32,000 nucleotides of DNA, taken from positions 270,001 to 302,000 of the forward strand of contig NZ_CP146064.1 in the NCBI RefSeq assembly GCF_037013405.1, read 5' to 3'. Positions 5,632 to 14,663 of this stretch are shown here, in pieces; positions within the stretch are counted from its first letter, which is position 1; each line of letters opens with the position of its first letter. A program made the position numbers and the translations under genes. The notes under the pieces are model-generated. The model was given only the letters and a program-made list of their open reading frames with translations, did not search any database and was not told where the DNA came from. The DNA is from Candidatus Nanosynbacter sp. BB002 (GTDB taxonomy: Bacteria; Patescibacteriota; Saccharimonadia; Saccharimonadales; Saccharimonadaceae).

Positions 5632-7952
5632 TGAACGGTTACTGGGAAATTATTCGTCGCAATTTGTTTTCGCCGATTGTTATCGCAATTTTTCTGCTGG
5701 CGGGCGCGTTGATTTATGCTCGGGAGTACCGCGATGCGTGGTTTATCTCAGTGGTGATTGTCGTGAACTCGTTGATTGGTATTGTTCAGGAAATTCGTGC
5801 CAAACGAGCGCTCAAGAAGCTGGAGTTGATGAGTCAGCCACGAGCGCGGTTGTTGTCGGCTGATGGTTCCGTGACGGAAGTGGCGTATGATGCGTTGCGC
5901 GTTGGCGACAAGATTCAGCTGATTGCTGGTGATGAAGTGCCAGCAGATGTAGAGGTACTTGAGGTTAAAGGTCTGGAGTTAAACGAAAGTATGTTGACTG
6001 GCGAATCGGCGGCGGTAGAAAAAAGCGTTGGTGATACAGCTTGGGCGGCGACCACTGTGTTGGCTGGCTCTGGCGAGGCTCGCGTCACAGCGGTTGGTGC
6101 GGATACAAAAGCCGGTGCCATCAGTCAAGTGTTGAAACAGTACAAGCCAGAGCTGACCCCTTTGCAACGAGCAATTCAACGAGCCATTAGCTTTTTGACG
6201 TTTGGTGCGTTTGGGCTGGCAGCGTTGATTTTCATCGCTTACATGACATCTGGTCAGGACTCGGTGCAGATATTGAAAACCATCACTTCGGCGGCCGTGA
6301 CGGTTGTGCCAGAGGGGCTGCTGCTAGCAAGTTCACTGCTCTTGGCATTTGGTTCGATCAAATTAGCGCAAGCCAGAGTCTTACCGCAGAAACTGTCAGC
6401 CATTGAAGCCATGGCGCTACTCAACTTGTTGTGTGTCGACAAAACTGGCACGCTTACCAGCGACGAAGTGACGTTGGAAAAAATCGTTGCTTTGGGTAGT
6501 GGCGATCAATCAGACGAAACGCTTTCGAAAATTGTCGCCTTGATCGCGGAGCAAACCAGTGGTGGCAATATCACTGGTCAAGCTATCTTGGAAGCAGCCA
6601 CGCCGCTCAAGGACGCCAAAATCATTGACGTTATGGCGTTCTCGTCTGCGCGTAAAATGGCGGGTCTGCGGTTTGAGTCTGAGGGCAAAATCCACACAGT
6701 CGTCATGGGCGCACCAGAGTTTGTTACAGAGTTGGCGCCAGTTGATGCAATGGGTCAGCGTCAAATTAACGAATGGGCTGACGCGGGTCTGCGTGTGCTG
6801 CTGTTGGCTGAGTTTGATGATTCTCGGAGCGCTCTGAAGGATTTGCCTGTTGGGTCTGGCCGTGCCATCGGTGCGGTGATTTTGCGCAATGCGCTGCGCG
6901 ATGGTGTTCAGAAAACTGTTCAATTTTTGCAAGACCAAGGCGTCAGTATCCGGGTGATATCTGGCGACAACCCGCGGACGGTGCAGTTCATCGCTTCGGC
7001 GGCTGGCATTAATAATTCTGACAAAGCCATCACTGGTGCGGCGCTGGCTGCATTGAGTGACAAAGATTTTGTCAAGGCGGCTGACGAACACGTTATATTT
7101 GCTCGGGTACATCCAGAGCAGAAAGAGCGGCTGATTGCGCATTATAAAGATCAGGCCCTGTTCACCGGCATGGTTGGTGACGGCGTCAATGACGCGCTGG
7201 CGCTCAAAAAGGCTGATCTTGGCGTGGCTATGCACGCGGGCGCACCAGCGTCGCGTCGCGTCTCAGATATTATCCTGTTGAATAACTCATTCACCTCTTT
7301 GCCACTTGGTATGCGGCTAGGTAACCGAATTATGCAAGCGATTGAAGTGATCGCTACCCTGTTCTTCCACAAAATTATCTATGGCGTGGTTCTGTTAATG
7401 TGTACGCTGTCGTTGGGCATGCTTTATCCATATCAGCCGCGTCACATCACCTTTATGAATATTTTCCTGGTGACACTGCCGACTTTGATGTGGACACTTT
7501 TTCCGCCTGTGCCAAACCATCGCATCAATCCTCGTCTGTTTTGGCGTCATACGCTGATGAACGTGATGCCCATCGCGCTGATCACGGGTCTGACAGTGGC
7601 GTTCACCTATTGGATCGGCTCTGCCATCTTCCCTGATCGTCCGGAGGAAGTTGCCACCATGACGGTACTGACGGCGACATTCTATGGCGTCTATCTGGTA
7701 TTTTTGGTCGGACCAATGCTGGGCGTCACCTTAACGCGCAACGCCAGAAAAGCGCGCCTGTTGTATATGCTGGCGGTGAGTATTGTAGCAGCTGGTAGCT
7801 TTGGTATCGGTCCACTCCGCCGATTCTTTGACTTTACCAAGCCAGACATCATCGTCCTATTGCCAGCGCTCGGTGTCATCGTCCTGGCAGCAATATTACA
7901 GTGGTGGCTCGCACTGCGCGCTGGTGTGAAGGTCAGATCTTCGCAGTCTTAA
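5631..7952 (+). CDS. P-type cation-transporting ATPase (E1-E2 type)
   Basis: Motifs seen are TGES (MLTGESAAVEK), the phosphorylation site CVDKTGTLT, the hinge GDGVNDALALKKADLGVAM, and multiple hydrophobic segments. I chose the start MNGYWEII because it overlaps the upstream stop codon. Confidence 0.9.
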   Translation: MNGYWEIIRRNLFSPIVIAIFLLAGALIYAREYRDAWFISVVIVVNSLIGIVQEIRAKRALKKLELMSQPRARLLSADGSVTEVAYDALRVGDKIQLIAGDEVPADVEVLEVKGLELNESMLTGESAAVEKSVGDTAWAATTVLAGSGEARVTAVGADTKAGAISQVLKQYKPELTPLQRAIQRAISFLTFGAFGLAALIFIAYMTSGQDSVQILKTITSAAVTVVPEGLLLASSLLLAFGSIKLAQARVLPQKLSAIEAMALLNLLCVDKTGTLTSDEVTLEKIVALGSGDQSDETLSKIVALIAEQTSGGNITGQAILEAATPLKDAKIIDVMAFSSARKMAGLRFESEGKIHTVVMGAPEFVTELAPVDAMGQRQINEWADAGLRVLLLAEFDDSRSALKDLPVGSGRAIGAVILRNALRDGVQKTVQFLQDQGVSIRVISGDNPRTVQFIASAAGINNSDKAITGAALAALSDKDFVKAADEHVIFARVHPEQKERLIAHYKDQALFTGMVGDGVNDALALKKADLGVAMHAGAPASRRVSDIILLNNSFTSLPLGMRLGNRIMQAIEVIATLFFHKIIYGVVLLMCTLSLGMLYPYQPRHITFMNIFLVTLPTLMWTLFPPVPNHRINPRLFWRHTLMNVMPIALITGLTVAFTYWIGSAIFPDRPEEVATMTVLTATFYGVYLVFLVGPMLGVTLTRNARKARLLYMLAVSIVAAGSFGIGPLRRFFDFTKPDIIVLLPALGVIVLAAILQWWLALRAGVKVRSSQS

Positions 7953-9283
7953 TGCGGCATTTTATCCAAAACCACCAGATTCTCAATGTGTGGCGTGCGC
8001 GGGAAGAGATTGTAGCCCTGATGATGTACGATGTGATATTTCTCACTGAGCAAAGCAACATCCCGAGCTTGAGTGACAGGGTTGCAGCTCAGATAGACAA
8101 TGCGTGGTGGCAATTGTTCTAACAAGCGGTCGACGACGTCCGCATGCAAGCCAGCTCGTGGCGGATCGACGATGATGAGATTGTTGGGGTGGATGTAATC
8201 AAGGGCTTGTTCACTGGCTGCCAAGATGGCTTTGGCATTGTGTTCACGTCCCAAAGCGTGAATATTGCGCTGCATTTCCTGGACAGCATGTTCGTTAATT
8301 TCTACCAAAGTGACATGTTCTCTGCCGATAGTGAGGCCGATAGTACCAACACCCGAATACATATCAACAGTTGATAGAGCGTTATTTGACTCTACTGACG
8401 CGGTACGAATCCACGCTGCCATGTCGGTGAGTGCCTGCTCATACACCGGCAAATTGACCTGAAAAAATCCTTCAGCGACATAGCGAAACGGAACGCCTAG
8501 TATCTCGTCAGTGAGAACGGTGTCACCAAACGCCGCTAGCCGTTCGGTGATGACACTGGCAGGACTTTTGGGGTTGGAATAGATGATTTCTCCACCTTGG
8601 GCTGACAGGTTGGCTGCTTCCTCCGCGGTGATGACATCTTCCAGGTGGTCTTTGAGGTATAATTGCCAGATACACTTGCCTGACCGGCTACATCTGATGA
8701 GTAGTGTTTTCAGATTGCGTGCGGTGACTGGCTTGGTGCGCAGCAAGTCGCGAATTTCTAAGGCTAGCGTGTTGATCTCGGGACGAGCAAGCGAGGTGCC
8801 GTCGACGGTGATTTTACCCTTTGAGCCACGTCGGAAAAATGCCAAATCAAGCGTATCAGTTTCTGAGTCCGGGTCTGTGTCGCTGTACCAGCTGTATTCA
8901 ACTTTATTACGATACGCCAGTTGCTGCTCGTCTGTATAGACTGTCGGTGTAGTCGGCAAGGTAACGTGATGTAGTTCAAACGCTTCGGCGATCAACTGGG
9001 CTTTGTACTGCTGCTCTGCTGAAAAGTTCATGATTTGCCAGGGGCTGGTGCTGAGGTAACTGTCTGGATCGACCGGAGTGATGCGCTCAGAACTGGCGTG
9101 ATGAACCTCAGTTATAACGCCTTCGACGAACTTTGATTTTTTCTTGGTCACCCTGATAGTCACTTGTTCGCCTGGCAATCCACCCCATACAAATGCTTTA
9201 CGGCCATCTGTCAGCGTGCCGATGGTCTGCCCACCGCCCACGATGTTTTCCAGGGTTAGGGTTGCAGTCTGCGCTTTCTTCAT
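7949..9283 (-). CDS. SAM-dependent RNA (uracil-5)-methyltransferase, TrmA/RlmD (RumA) family
   Basis: The N-terminus is TRAM-like (GGGQTIGTL...GEQVTIRVTKKK). SAM motif I is VDMYSGVGTIG, motif IV is DPPRAGL, and the catalytic Cys is in YLSCNP. I chose the ATG at 9283, which is preceded by TACAAT plus 6 nt. The ORF-track start at 9301 is a TTG. Confidence 0.85.
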   Translation of the reverse strand: MKKAQTATLTLENIVGGGQTIGTLTDGRKAFVWGGLPGEQVTIRVTKKKSKFVEGVITEVHHASSERITPVDPDSYLSTSPWQIMNFSAEQQYKAQLIAEAFELHHVTLPTTPTVYTDEQQLAYRNKVEYSWYSDTDPDSETDTLDLAFFRRGSKGKITVDGTSLARPEINTLALEIRDLLRTKPVTARNLKTLLIRCSRSGKCIWQLYLKDHLEDVITAEEAANLSAQGGEIIYSNPKSPASVITERLAAFGDTVLTDEILGVPFRYVAEGFFQVNLPVYEQALTDMAAWIRTASVESNNALSTVDMYSGVGTIGLTIGREHVTLVEINEHAVQEMQRNIHALGREHNAKAILAASEQALDYIHPNNLIIVDPPRAGLHADVVDRLLEQLPPRIVYLSCNPVTQARDVALLSEKYHIVHHQGYNLFPRTPHIENLVVLDKMPH

Positions 9284-9335
9284 TGCCCTATTGTACCCCA
9301 AATAGACCGCATTTGGGAAATAGTCAAGTAGCGGC

Positions 9336-9797
9336 TTAGAAGTCGCAATTTTCAGCCGCTGGTGCTGGTGTGTTCCACCACATCGCCAGGATGCCTTTTC
9401 CGACGCGACATTTGGTGCCGTTAGCTCGGTACATCAGCAGCCCGTAGCGATTGTCGGGGCTTTTATTGACGGTGTATTCGTAGTGTTTGCCACGCCAGTC
9501 TGTCGGTAATTCTTTGAGATATTTTGGCACCAGTAATGGGTTGAGCTCGCCAGCGTCGCACGTCCGGTTGGTCGCCGAGCTGTATTTACTGCAGGACGCA
9601 GGCCACGGATATTCTCCATTTTGGCTGTAATATTCTTCGACGGCGTTTTGGATGGTTAATAATTCAGTCTTGCTTTCGTTATTGATGGCGTCTTCGCGGG
9701 CAGCGCGCCACGCTAGGCCACCGAGGGTCATCAAGATGCCGAGGACTAAGACGACTACCAATACTTCGACGATTGTAAAACCATAGTGCTTATGCAT
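9336..9797 (-). CDS. Type IV pilin / pseudopilin-like protein
   Basis: The sequence MHKHYG|FTIVEVLVVVLVLGILMTLG is a prepilin-type N-terminal cleavage/methylation motif followed by a hydrophobic helix. Four Cys residues lie in the C-terminal globular part. The promoter is TTGCCA-17-TATAAT, 6 nt upstream of the ATG. Confidence 0.8.
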   Translation of the reverse strand: MHKHYGFTIVEVLVVVLVLGILMTLGGLAWRAAREDAINNESKTELLTIQNAVEEYYSQNGEYPWPASCSKYSSATNRTCDAGELNPLLVPKYLKELPTDWRGKHYEYTVNKSPDNRYGLLMYRANGTKCRVGKGILAMWWNTPAPAAENCDF

Positions 9798-9899
9798 AGT
9801 TTGATTATACGGCGGCGTTGGCGGATTGGCAAGCTTGGTATCTCTGCCCTGATGTGGTACAATGTTACACGTAGCTGCGCTCACACGCGTTGCTCGTAT

Positions 9900-9974
9900 T
9901 GGGCCGTCGCCAAGTGGTAAGGCACCAGGTTTTGGTCCTGGCATTCGGGGGTTCGAATCCCTCCGGCCCAGCCA
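9900..9974 (+). tRNA. tRNA-Gln (anticodon UUG)
   Basis: The cloverleaf reads TGGGCCG TC GCCAAGTGGTAAGGC A CCAGG TTTTGGT CCTGG CATTC GGGGG TTCGAAT CCCTC CGGCCCA G CCA. It has the U1-A72 pair and the D-arm GCCAAG-GGTAAGGC typical of bacterial tRNA-Gln. CCA is encoded. Confidence 0.95.
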
Positions 9975-10112
9975 CATTGTATATCAACCGTCTAGCCAGA
10001 AGTGGTTGGGCGGTTTGTTTGTATGATTTGGTCTATTGTATAGATACCCCCTATCTTTGTGCCTATATCTTGCGTAGGTCTAGCGCCAAATGTATTGAGT
10101 GTGAGGAATATA

Positions 10113-13100
10113 TTAATCTCTAAACCGCTCTTGCTTAATTATGCGGTTTCTTTCTCTCTCATAAGTCTCTGCAAGCTCACGTAGTGATGTTGCAAGATTT
10201 ATAAAACCCAAAGACTCAATCTCATTTGCACGATTCCGCCATTTATCTCTCAAGGAGGCCTCAGCCTCGCCCGTTTCGTCTACTACGTGCATACCACGTG
10301 CATTATGAATACCCATGTTGTACCCAGATCTCATAGATACTGAATCATTTCGGTCTAAAATTCTTGCTACCGTTTTGTTGATCCATAAGCCGCTTTTATC
10401 TTCAGGAGAGTTTATTAGGTATCCACCTATAACAGATTGGGCGATACCCAAGTGCCCACTCATCTTACATATCTCTTCGACCTTGTATATCCAGGTAATA
10501 AAATCATCTTCTCGGAATGTGCCATATTGGTCTATGCCTGGCATAACCATAAAGTCATTAAACGATAATATTTTTAATAATCTGTATTGGATAGCATCGT
10601 CAATCTCTTGCTGCTTGACATCGGGAAGTTCTGATTTGTAGGCAGTCTTAATTAGATCGCAGAAAAAATCTGCATCATTTGCAATTCGATATATTAATGC
10701 TCGTGGTTGTCCTATGCCATGTTTTCCAAAAAGACTAATACAGCCCCACTCCGCCTCCCATAGGTTCGTTCTTGTATAGTCAATGTTGTCGTATAAATAC
10801 TTGAATACTCGACCTATTTCGTACTGTAAGTTATTTGTGCCTGAAATGTTTTCAGTGGTATTTAATGATGCCATTAGTGCTTTTAGACATAGTTCTGGAT
10901 CAATTTGCTGTTTGATGGAGCTATCACCCATAATGATCACTGAGGCAATATATTCAATTGCGGCCAGAGGGCGCTTGGCCTTCAGAAGGTTTCTAACTGC
11001 AGCTTCGGAATATTTATCATCAATCGTATGTCTAAAATTATCGACCCTATCCCAATATCCTTTAGTAAGGTCTTTATTTTGTTGTGCGTCCAATAGGTCC
11101 CAGGTGCTTTGGCTAAATGGCAAAGCTAGAAGAAGTAGAATCTTCTGTTCGTTATTCCAGCTGGCAAAATCTAACTTATTAACCCAGTTGATATCACCTT
11201 TATAATAGAAATATCTCGTATAAATGAAGTTACTAATAAATTCTTTTTCAGCTTTATTCTCGTTGAGGAATTTAGGTAATAGCATGTTTTCGATGGATGG
11301 ATAATTTATAGAGCCCAGGCTAGATCCTATGGTGTACGGCATCTTGGCTTGGTTAATAAGCTCATTCAGCTGGCGAATGGCATTATCTGAGTTTAAAATC
11401 TTGAGAAGTGATTCTCGCTGTTTCTCTTCCAGTTCTTTCTTGCCTTTTTCCCAGTCGTTATAGCCTATAAGATCATGGTCATAATTACTAAATAGATATA
11501 TAGACTTACACAAATCATCTTCAGGCTCTATATCACTGGCAATTTTTTTGAGTATCTTTACCCTTTCGTCTTCATCTTTACTGCGCCGATCTAGATTATT
11601 TATTTTTTTAAGTAATACCTCCCATACTACTTGCCTATCTTTATCAGTCATGTTTTGCAGGCGCTTATTTAGTTGGTTGGTAAAACTCGGCAAAGTATCA
11701 TCGGTAAGATGGTTAACGCTATTGATTGCATCAACGATTTCTTGAAGAGACTCGGTTGTATCTATGTAGAGATTTGAGTAGTATGAACTCTCCTTCCATA
11801 GCTCTTGTTGCGTAACAGGCTGAAGAGTATTGGTAATATCTAGCCATTCTGGAAGTTTCCTCTCCATGGTTGTTTGAGTCATATTCGGCAGTAAACCCTT
11901 GAGTAGCTCTCGCCCGACAGCTTTATGCTCATTGACTATTTTTTCGACCACACCGTGTTGAACCTCTAAGGGGGCAAGCGTTTTCGGCTGCCACGGCAGG
12001 ATCGTATGTAGGATGGTATCTAGGGAACGCTTTTTATTCTCTGTCTGATCAATTTCGAGGGTTGCAATCTTAGCTAACACTAGACTAGCTCGTGAAAAAT
12101 ATTTTTTATCCCAAGATAAATCAGCCAGCGCCCAGTATAAACCAGTCATGTAATCTGGCTGAAAGAATGAGTCACCTGAACTTTCCTTTATACCTGTCGC
12201 AATTGGATTATCATTTTTTATTTTAAGGGTGCTCTCTAGTCTTGACAAAAACTGAACTGGAGATGCTTGAGCGATTAAAGAGGCGTTGTCTGTGATGCTC
12301 ATCCATAGTTTTGGATTTTGACTATCAGAAAGTAGCCCGGACACTATATTATTTGCCGTATTGGCTATTTTGTTGGCAGAGCACTTGCTAAACATACCTT
12401 GATTATTCGCAAGCATGGCCATACCATTTGCTACGCCAGTCCTAATTGTCGCTGAGTATGCTCGGCTCTTTTTGTAAATATTAGCCATATATCTTTCGTC
12501 TATTGGCAAATCTAGCGCTGGATTAATTTCACTCAGGATCCTTAAGTAAATATCCGCAAAAACATCAATATGGTTGTCATAAATGCATTTACTTAGCTGC
12601 TCAACCGTAGATTTAATGTCAAGAACCTTCCACGTAGTATCTCTTAGTTCTAGTACTTGATCATCGGTAGAATTTATTTCTTGGACTACGTCCAACAAGG
12701 AGTCTTCATCACATCTTAGCAATTCAGACACTATTTTTTTATCATTTGAATTTGCAGAGTCAAATTCACCAATTAAACATAGTAATGCTAGCTCTTTTTT
12801 GTGTGCTGTTTTAATTGTGATCTTGTTTTTTGACGGTTCTGCTTTTTTGACTAATTGATTTTCATCCTGTAAGCTCACTACATCATCTTGTCGGATTACT
12901 TTCTCTTCTTTGAATATCTCCAGTAGTTTTTTAGGCAGATCATCTTTTAATAGCTCTATCTGGTCTTTATTACGAGTAGCTACATAATGACAGAGCCGTT
13001 CCCATACAACTTTAGGGCTTACGTTATCTTTCCATTTTTTCTGTGCCAAGATGCTATGAATCAAGGCGACATTAATATCACCGTCTTCAAACAGATTCTC

Positions 13101-13724
13101 ATGCATGTCAGATTTTATTATGAAGAAAGATTTCAAGAACTCAAATTCCACTTCTCTATCTAAGGCAATGTTATTGTTTGCTAGTGTTAGTTTTTCGCGC
13201 AGATACCTAAGACCATTAAGCTCATCTTTATTTCTGCCTAAAACATTATTATCGTAGTTTTCCCAGAACTGATCAGCCGACTGATAAGAGCTTTGAATAT
13301 GAGTCAGTATATTCTTCAGCCCAATTCCACTCTTCTCAAGCTCGCCAGTGACGAGCATTATTCTATCAGAGTTCCTATTAAAGCTCTGGCTGTTAAAATC
13401 GTTCCAAGCATCTTTTATGGTTTTTGTAAATTCACCGTTTGAAAGACGAACTTTTCGCTTTACCTGAACCAGTAGCGTCTTTTCTCTTCTCGGGTTGTTC
13501 AGGTCTTTAAGGGTTACTTCGCAATCATCAGTCTTCCTTCCATATCGCTCTGCCTGGAATACTATCCTCGTTACTTCGCAGTTGTCCATCCTAGGCACTA
13601 GTCCACCTGTGATCATTTGGATCACAAAAAATGCCTGCACGGAATGCTCAAAAACATACCCATCGCCAGATGCGGATATGGGGTTTGTGCATCCCTTGGG
13701 TATTGCCGAGTCGCCACTGCTCAT
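10113..13724 (-). CDS. Giant orphan protein (1203 aa) with a PD-(D/E)xK-like nuclease head and about 1100 aa of uncharacterised, probably helical, sequence
   Basis: This is an uninterrupted 3.6-kb ORF in visibly AT-rich DNA. The N-terminus carries ordered motifs GYVFEHSVQAFFV (Glu helix), KTDDCEVTL (Asp strand) and LLVQVKRK (QxK). I found no GxxxxGK[ST] Walker A anywhere. A TATAAT box lies 8 nt upstream of the ATG. Confidence 0.8.
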   Translation of the reverse strand: MSSGDSAIPKGCTNPISASGDGYVFEHSVQAFFVIQMITGGLVPRMDNCEVTRIVFQAERYGRKTDDCEVTLKDLNNPRREKTLLVQVKRKVRLSNGEFTKTIKDAWNDFNSQSFNRNSDRIMLVTGELEKSGIGLKNILTHIQSSYQSADQFWENYDNNVLGRNKDELNGLRYLREKLTLANNNIALDREVEFEFLKSFFIIKSDMHENLFEDGDINVALIHSILAQKKWKDNVSPKVVWERLCHYVATRNKDQIELLKDDLPKKLLEIFKEEKVIRQDDVVSLQDENQLVKKAEPSKNKITIKTAHKKELALLCLIGEFDSANSNDKKIVSELLRCDEDSLLDVVQEINSTDDQVLELRDTTWKVLDIKSTVEQLSKCIYDNHIDVFADIYLRILSEINPALDLPIDERYMANIYKKSRAYSATIRTGVANGMAMLANNQGMFSKCSANKIANTANNIVSGLLSDSQNPKLWMSITDNASLIAQASPVQFLSRLESTLKIKNDNPIATGIKESSGDSFFQPDYMTGLYWALADLSWDKKYFSRASLVLAKIATLEIDQTENKKRSLDTILHTILPWQPKTLAPLEVQHGVVEKIVNEHKAVGRELLKGLLPNMTQTTMERKLPEWLDITNTLQPVTQQELWKESSYYSNLYIDTTESLQEIVDAINSVNHLTDDTLPSFTNQLNKRLQNMTDKDRQVVWEVLLKKINNLDRRSKDEDERVKILKKIASDIEPEDDLCKSIYLFSNYDHDLIGYNDWEKGKKELEEKQRESLLKILNSDNAIRQLNELINQAKMPYTIGSSLGSINYPSIENMLLPKFLNENKAEKEFISNFIYTRYFYYKGDINWVNKLDFASWNNEQKILLLLALPFSQSTWDLLDAQQNKDLTKGYWDRVDNFRHTIDDKYSEAAVRNLLKAKRPLAAIEYIASVIIMGDSSIKQQIDPELCLKALMASLNTTENISGTNNLQYEIGRVFKYLYDNIDYTRTNLWEAEWGCISLFGKHGIGQPRALIYRIANDADFFCDLIKTAYKSELPDVKQQEIDDAIQYRLLKILSFNDFMVMPGIDQYGTFREDDFITWIYKVEEICKMSGHLGIAQSVIGGYLINSPEDKSGLWINKTVARILDRNDSVSMRSGYNMGIHNARGMHVVDETGEAEASLRDKWRNRANEIESLGFINLATSLRELAETYERERNRIIKQERFRD

Positions 13725-14004
13725 AATATAGAATTATAGCACTTATATTAATACATAGCTTGATAGCTCGCCGACGGTTACACGCCTTACAGCGGTCTAT
13801 ATTTATCACGTTCGTCTGATGTGCTAGGTTTATGTGTGTATAGCTAATATATCAGCGCGGTTATTTTCATTCATGACAACGCACCGACTAATATCTTTTG
13901 AAAGGTCCAGAGAATAACGATCAAAATAACCATTTAATGATATGATTACAGGGTCTATAATAAAGTCATTGTATGTCTTGAAGTTATTAACAGAAAGGAA
14001 AAAG

Positions 14005-14652
14005 ATGGAAATCAACAAAGTCGCGCTAAAAGCATTTTATGATCTTCATAAAGAGGACTATTTTCGGCGACGGTATTCTGGCGATGCTAAGCTGTGGGAT
14101 GAATTATATAAATGGGATATTCTGCCTCGCCTCAACAAGGAGTTGGCGCAGTACCAATCAGTTACTAAAGAGTCAGTTGCAGAGGTTGCGCGCATCCTGA
14201 CACACCACACAAGTACTAGTAATTTTGCTAATTGGCGGGACATTGATGATTTGAAAGATTTTTTGCAGCGCCCGAATGCTCACGCTGTCATTAATGAGCT
14301 ATGGCGTGCAACGCCTGAGTCTGTCGATCAGAATATTGATAGCGCTGGGGCGATGACACAATTCTTGATGTCAGACAAAAAATTTGCTCCATCCACTTGG
14401 GCTTACCTGCTCGCAGCGCGTGACTGTCATTCATTTGCGCTCTACCGTGATGTAGTCATGAAACAGGTCGCCGAAATATGTGGTATAGATAAGCCCGCTG
14501 CCGTATCTCAGGGTAAAAAATATGCCCTAGTGAATGATGCAGCACTATATTTAGGTGAGCTGATGCGACGCGATATCACTGAAGCGCCGTATATGCAGGC
14601 GCTGGATGGTCAGGATTTCTTGTGGGTTGTGCTGATGTATAGCGAAGACTAG
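14005..14652 (+). CDS. Hypothetical protein (215 aa), divergent partner of the giant ORF
   Basis: I chose the start MEINKVAL because it is preceded by GAAAGGAAAAAG (SD-like). The ORF-track start at 13942 lies in AT-rich promoter DNA. I recognise no catalytic motif. Confidence 0.65.
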   Translation: MEINKVALKAFYDLHKEDYFRRRYSGDAKLWDELYKWDILPRLNKELAQYQSVTKESVAEVARILTHHTSTSNFANWRDIDDLKDFLQRPNAHAVINELWRATPESVDQNIDSAGAMTQFLMSDKKFAPSTWAYLLAARDCHSFALYRDVVMKQVAEICGIDKPAAVSQGKKYALVNDAALYLGELMRRDITEAPYMQALDGQDFLWVVLMYSED

Positions 14653-14663
14653 ATGATATTATC

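Noticed and set aside
6510-7235. Long antisense ORFs inside confirmed genes (for example 6510..7235, 15177..15566, 19055..19510, 27209..27679, 28880..29284, 30987..31379)
   Set aside because: These are shadow ORFs on the strand opposite to genes with strong motif support. They have skewed low-complexity composition (Arg/Ser/Ala-rich) and no start signals.
9798-9977. N-terminal extension of ORF 9336..9977 (213 aa) upstream of the pilin Met
   Set aside because: The extension is the antisense translation of tRNA-Gln and gives the typical RRDSNPRMPGPKPG peptide. The prepilin motif begins at the internal Met at 9797, which has its own promoter.
13830-14018. 62-aa minus-strand ORF in the divergent control region of the island
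   Set aside because: It lies in very AT-rich promoter DNA, overlaps the start of the 215-aa gene, has no start context, and its composition is dominated by Ile/Asn/Phe as expected from AT-rich noise.
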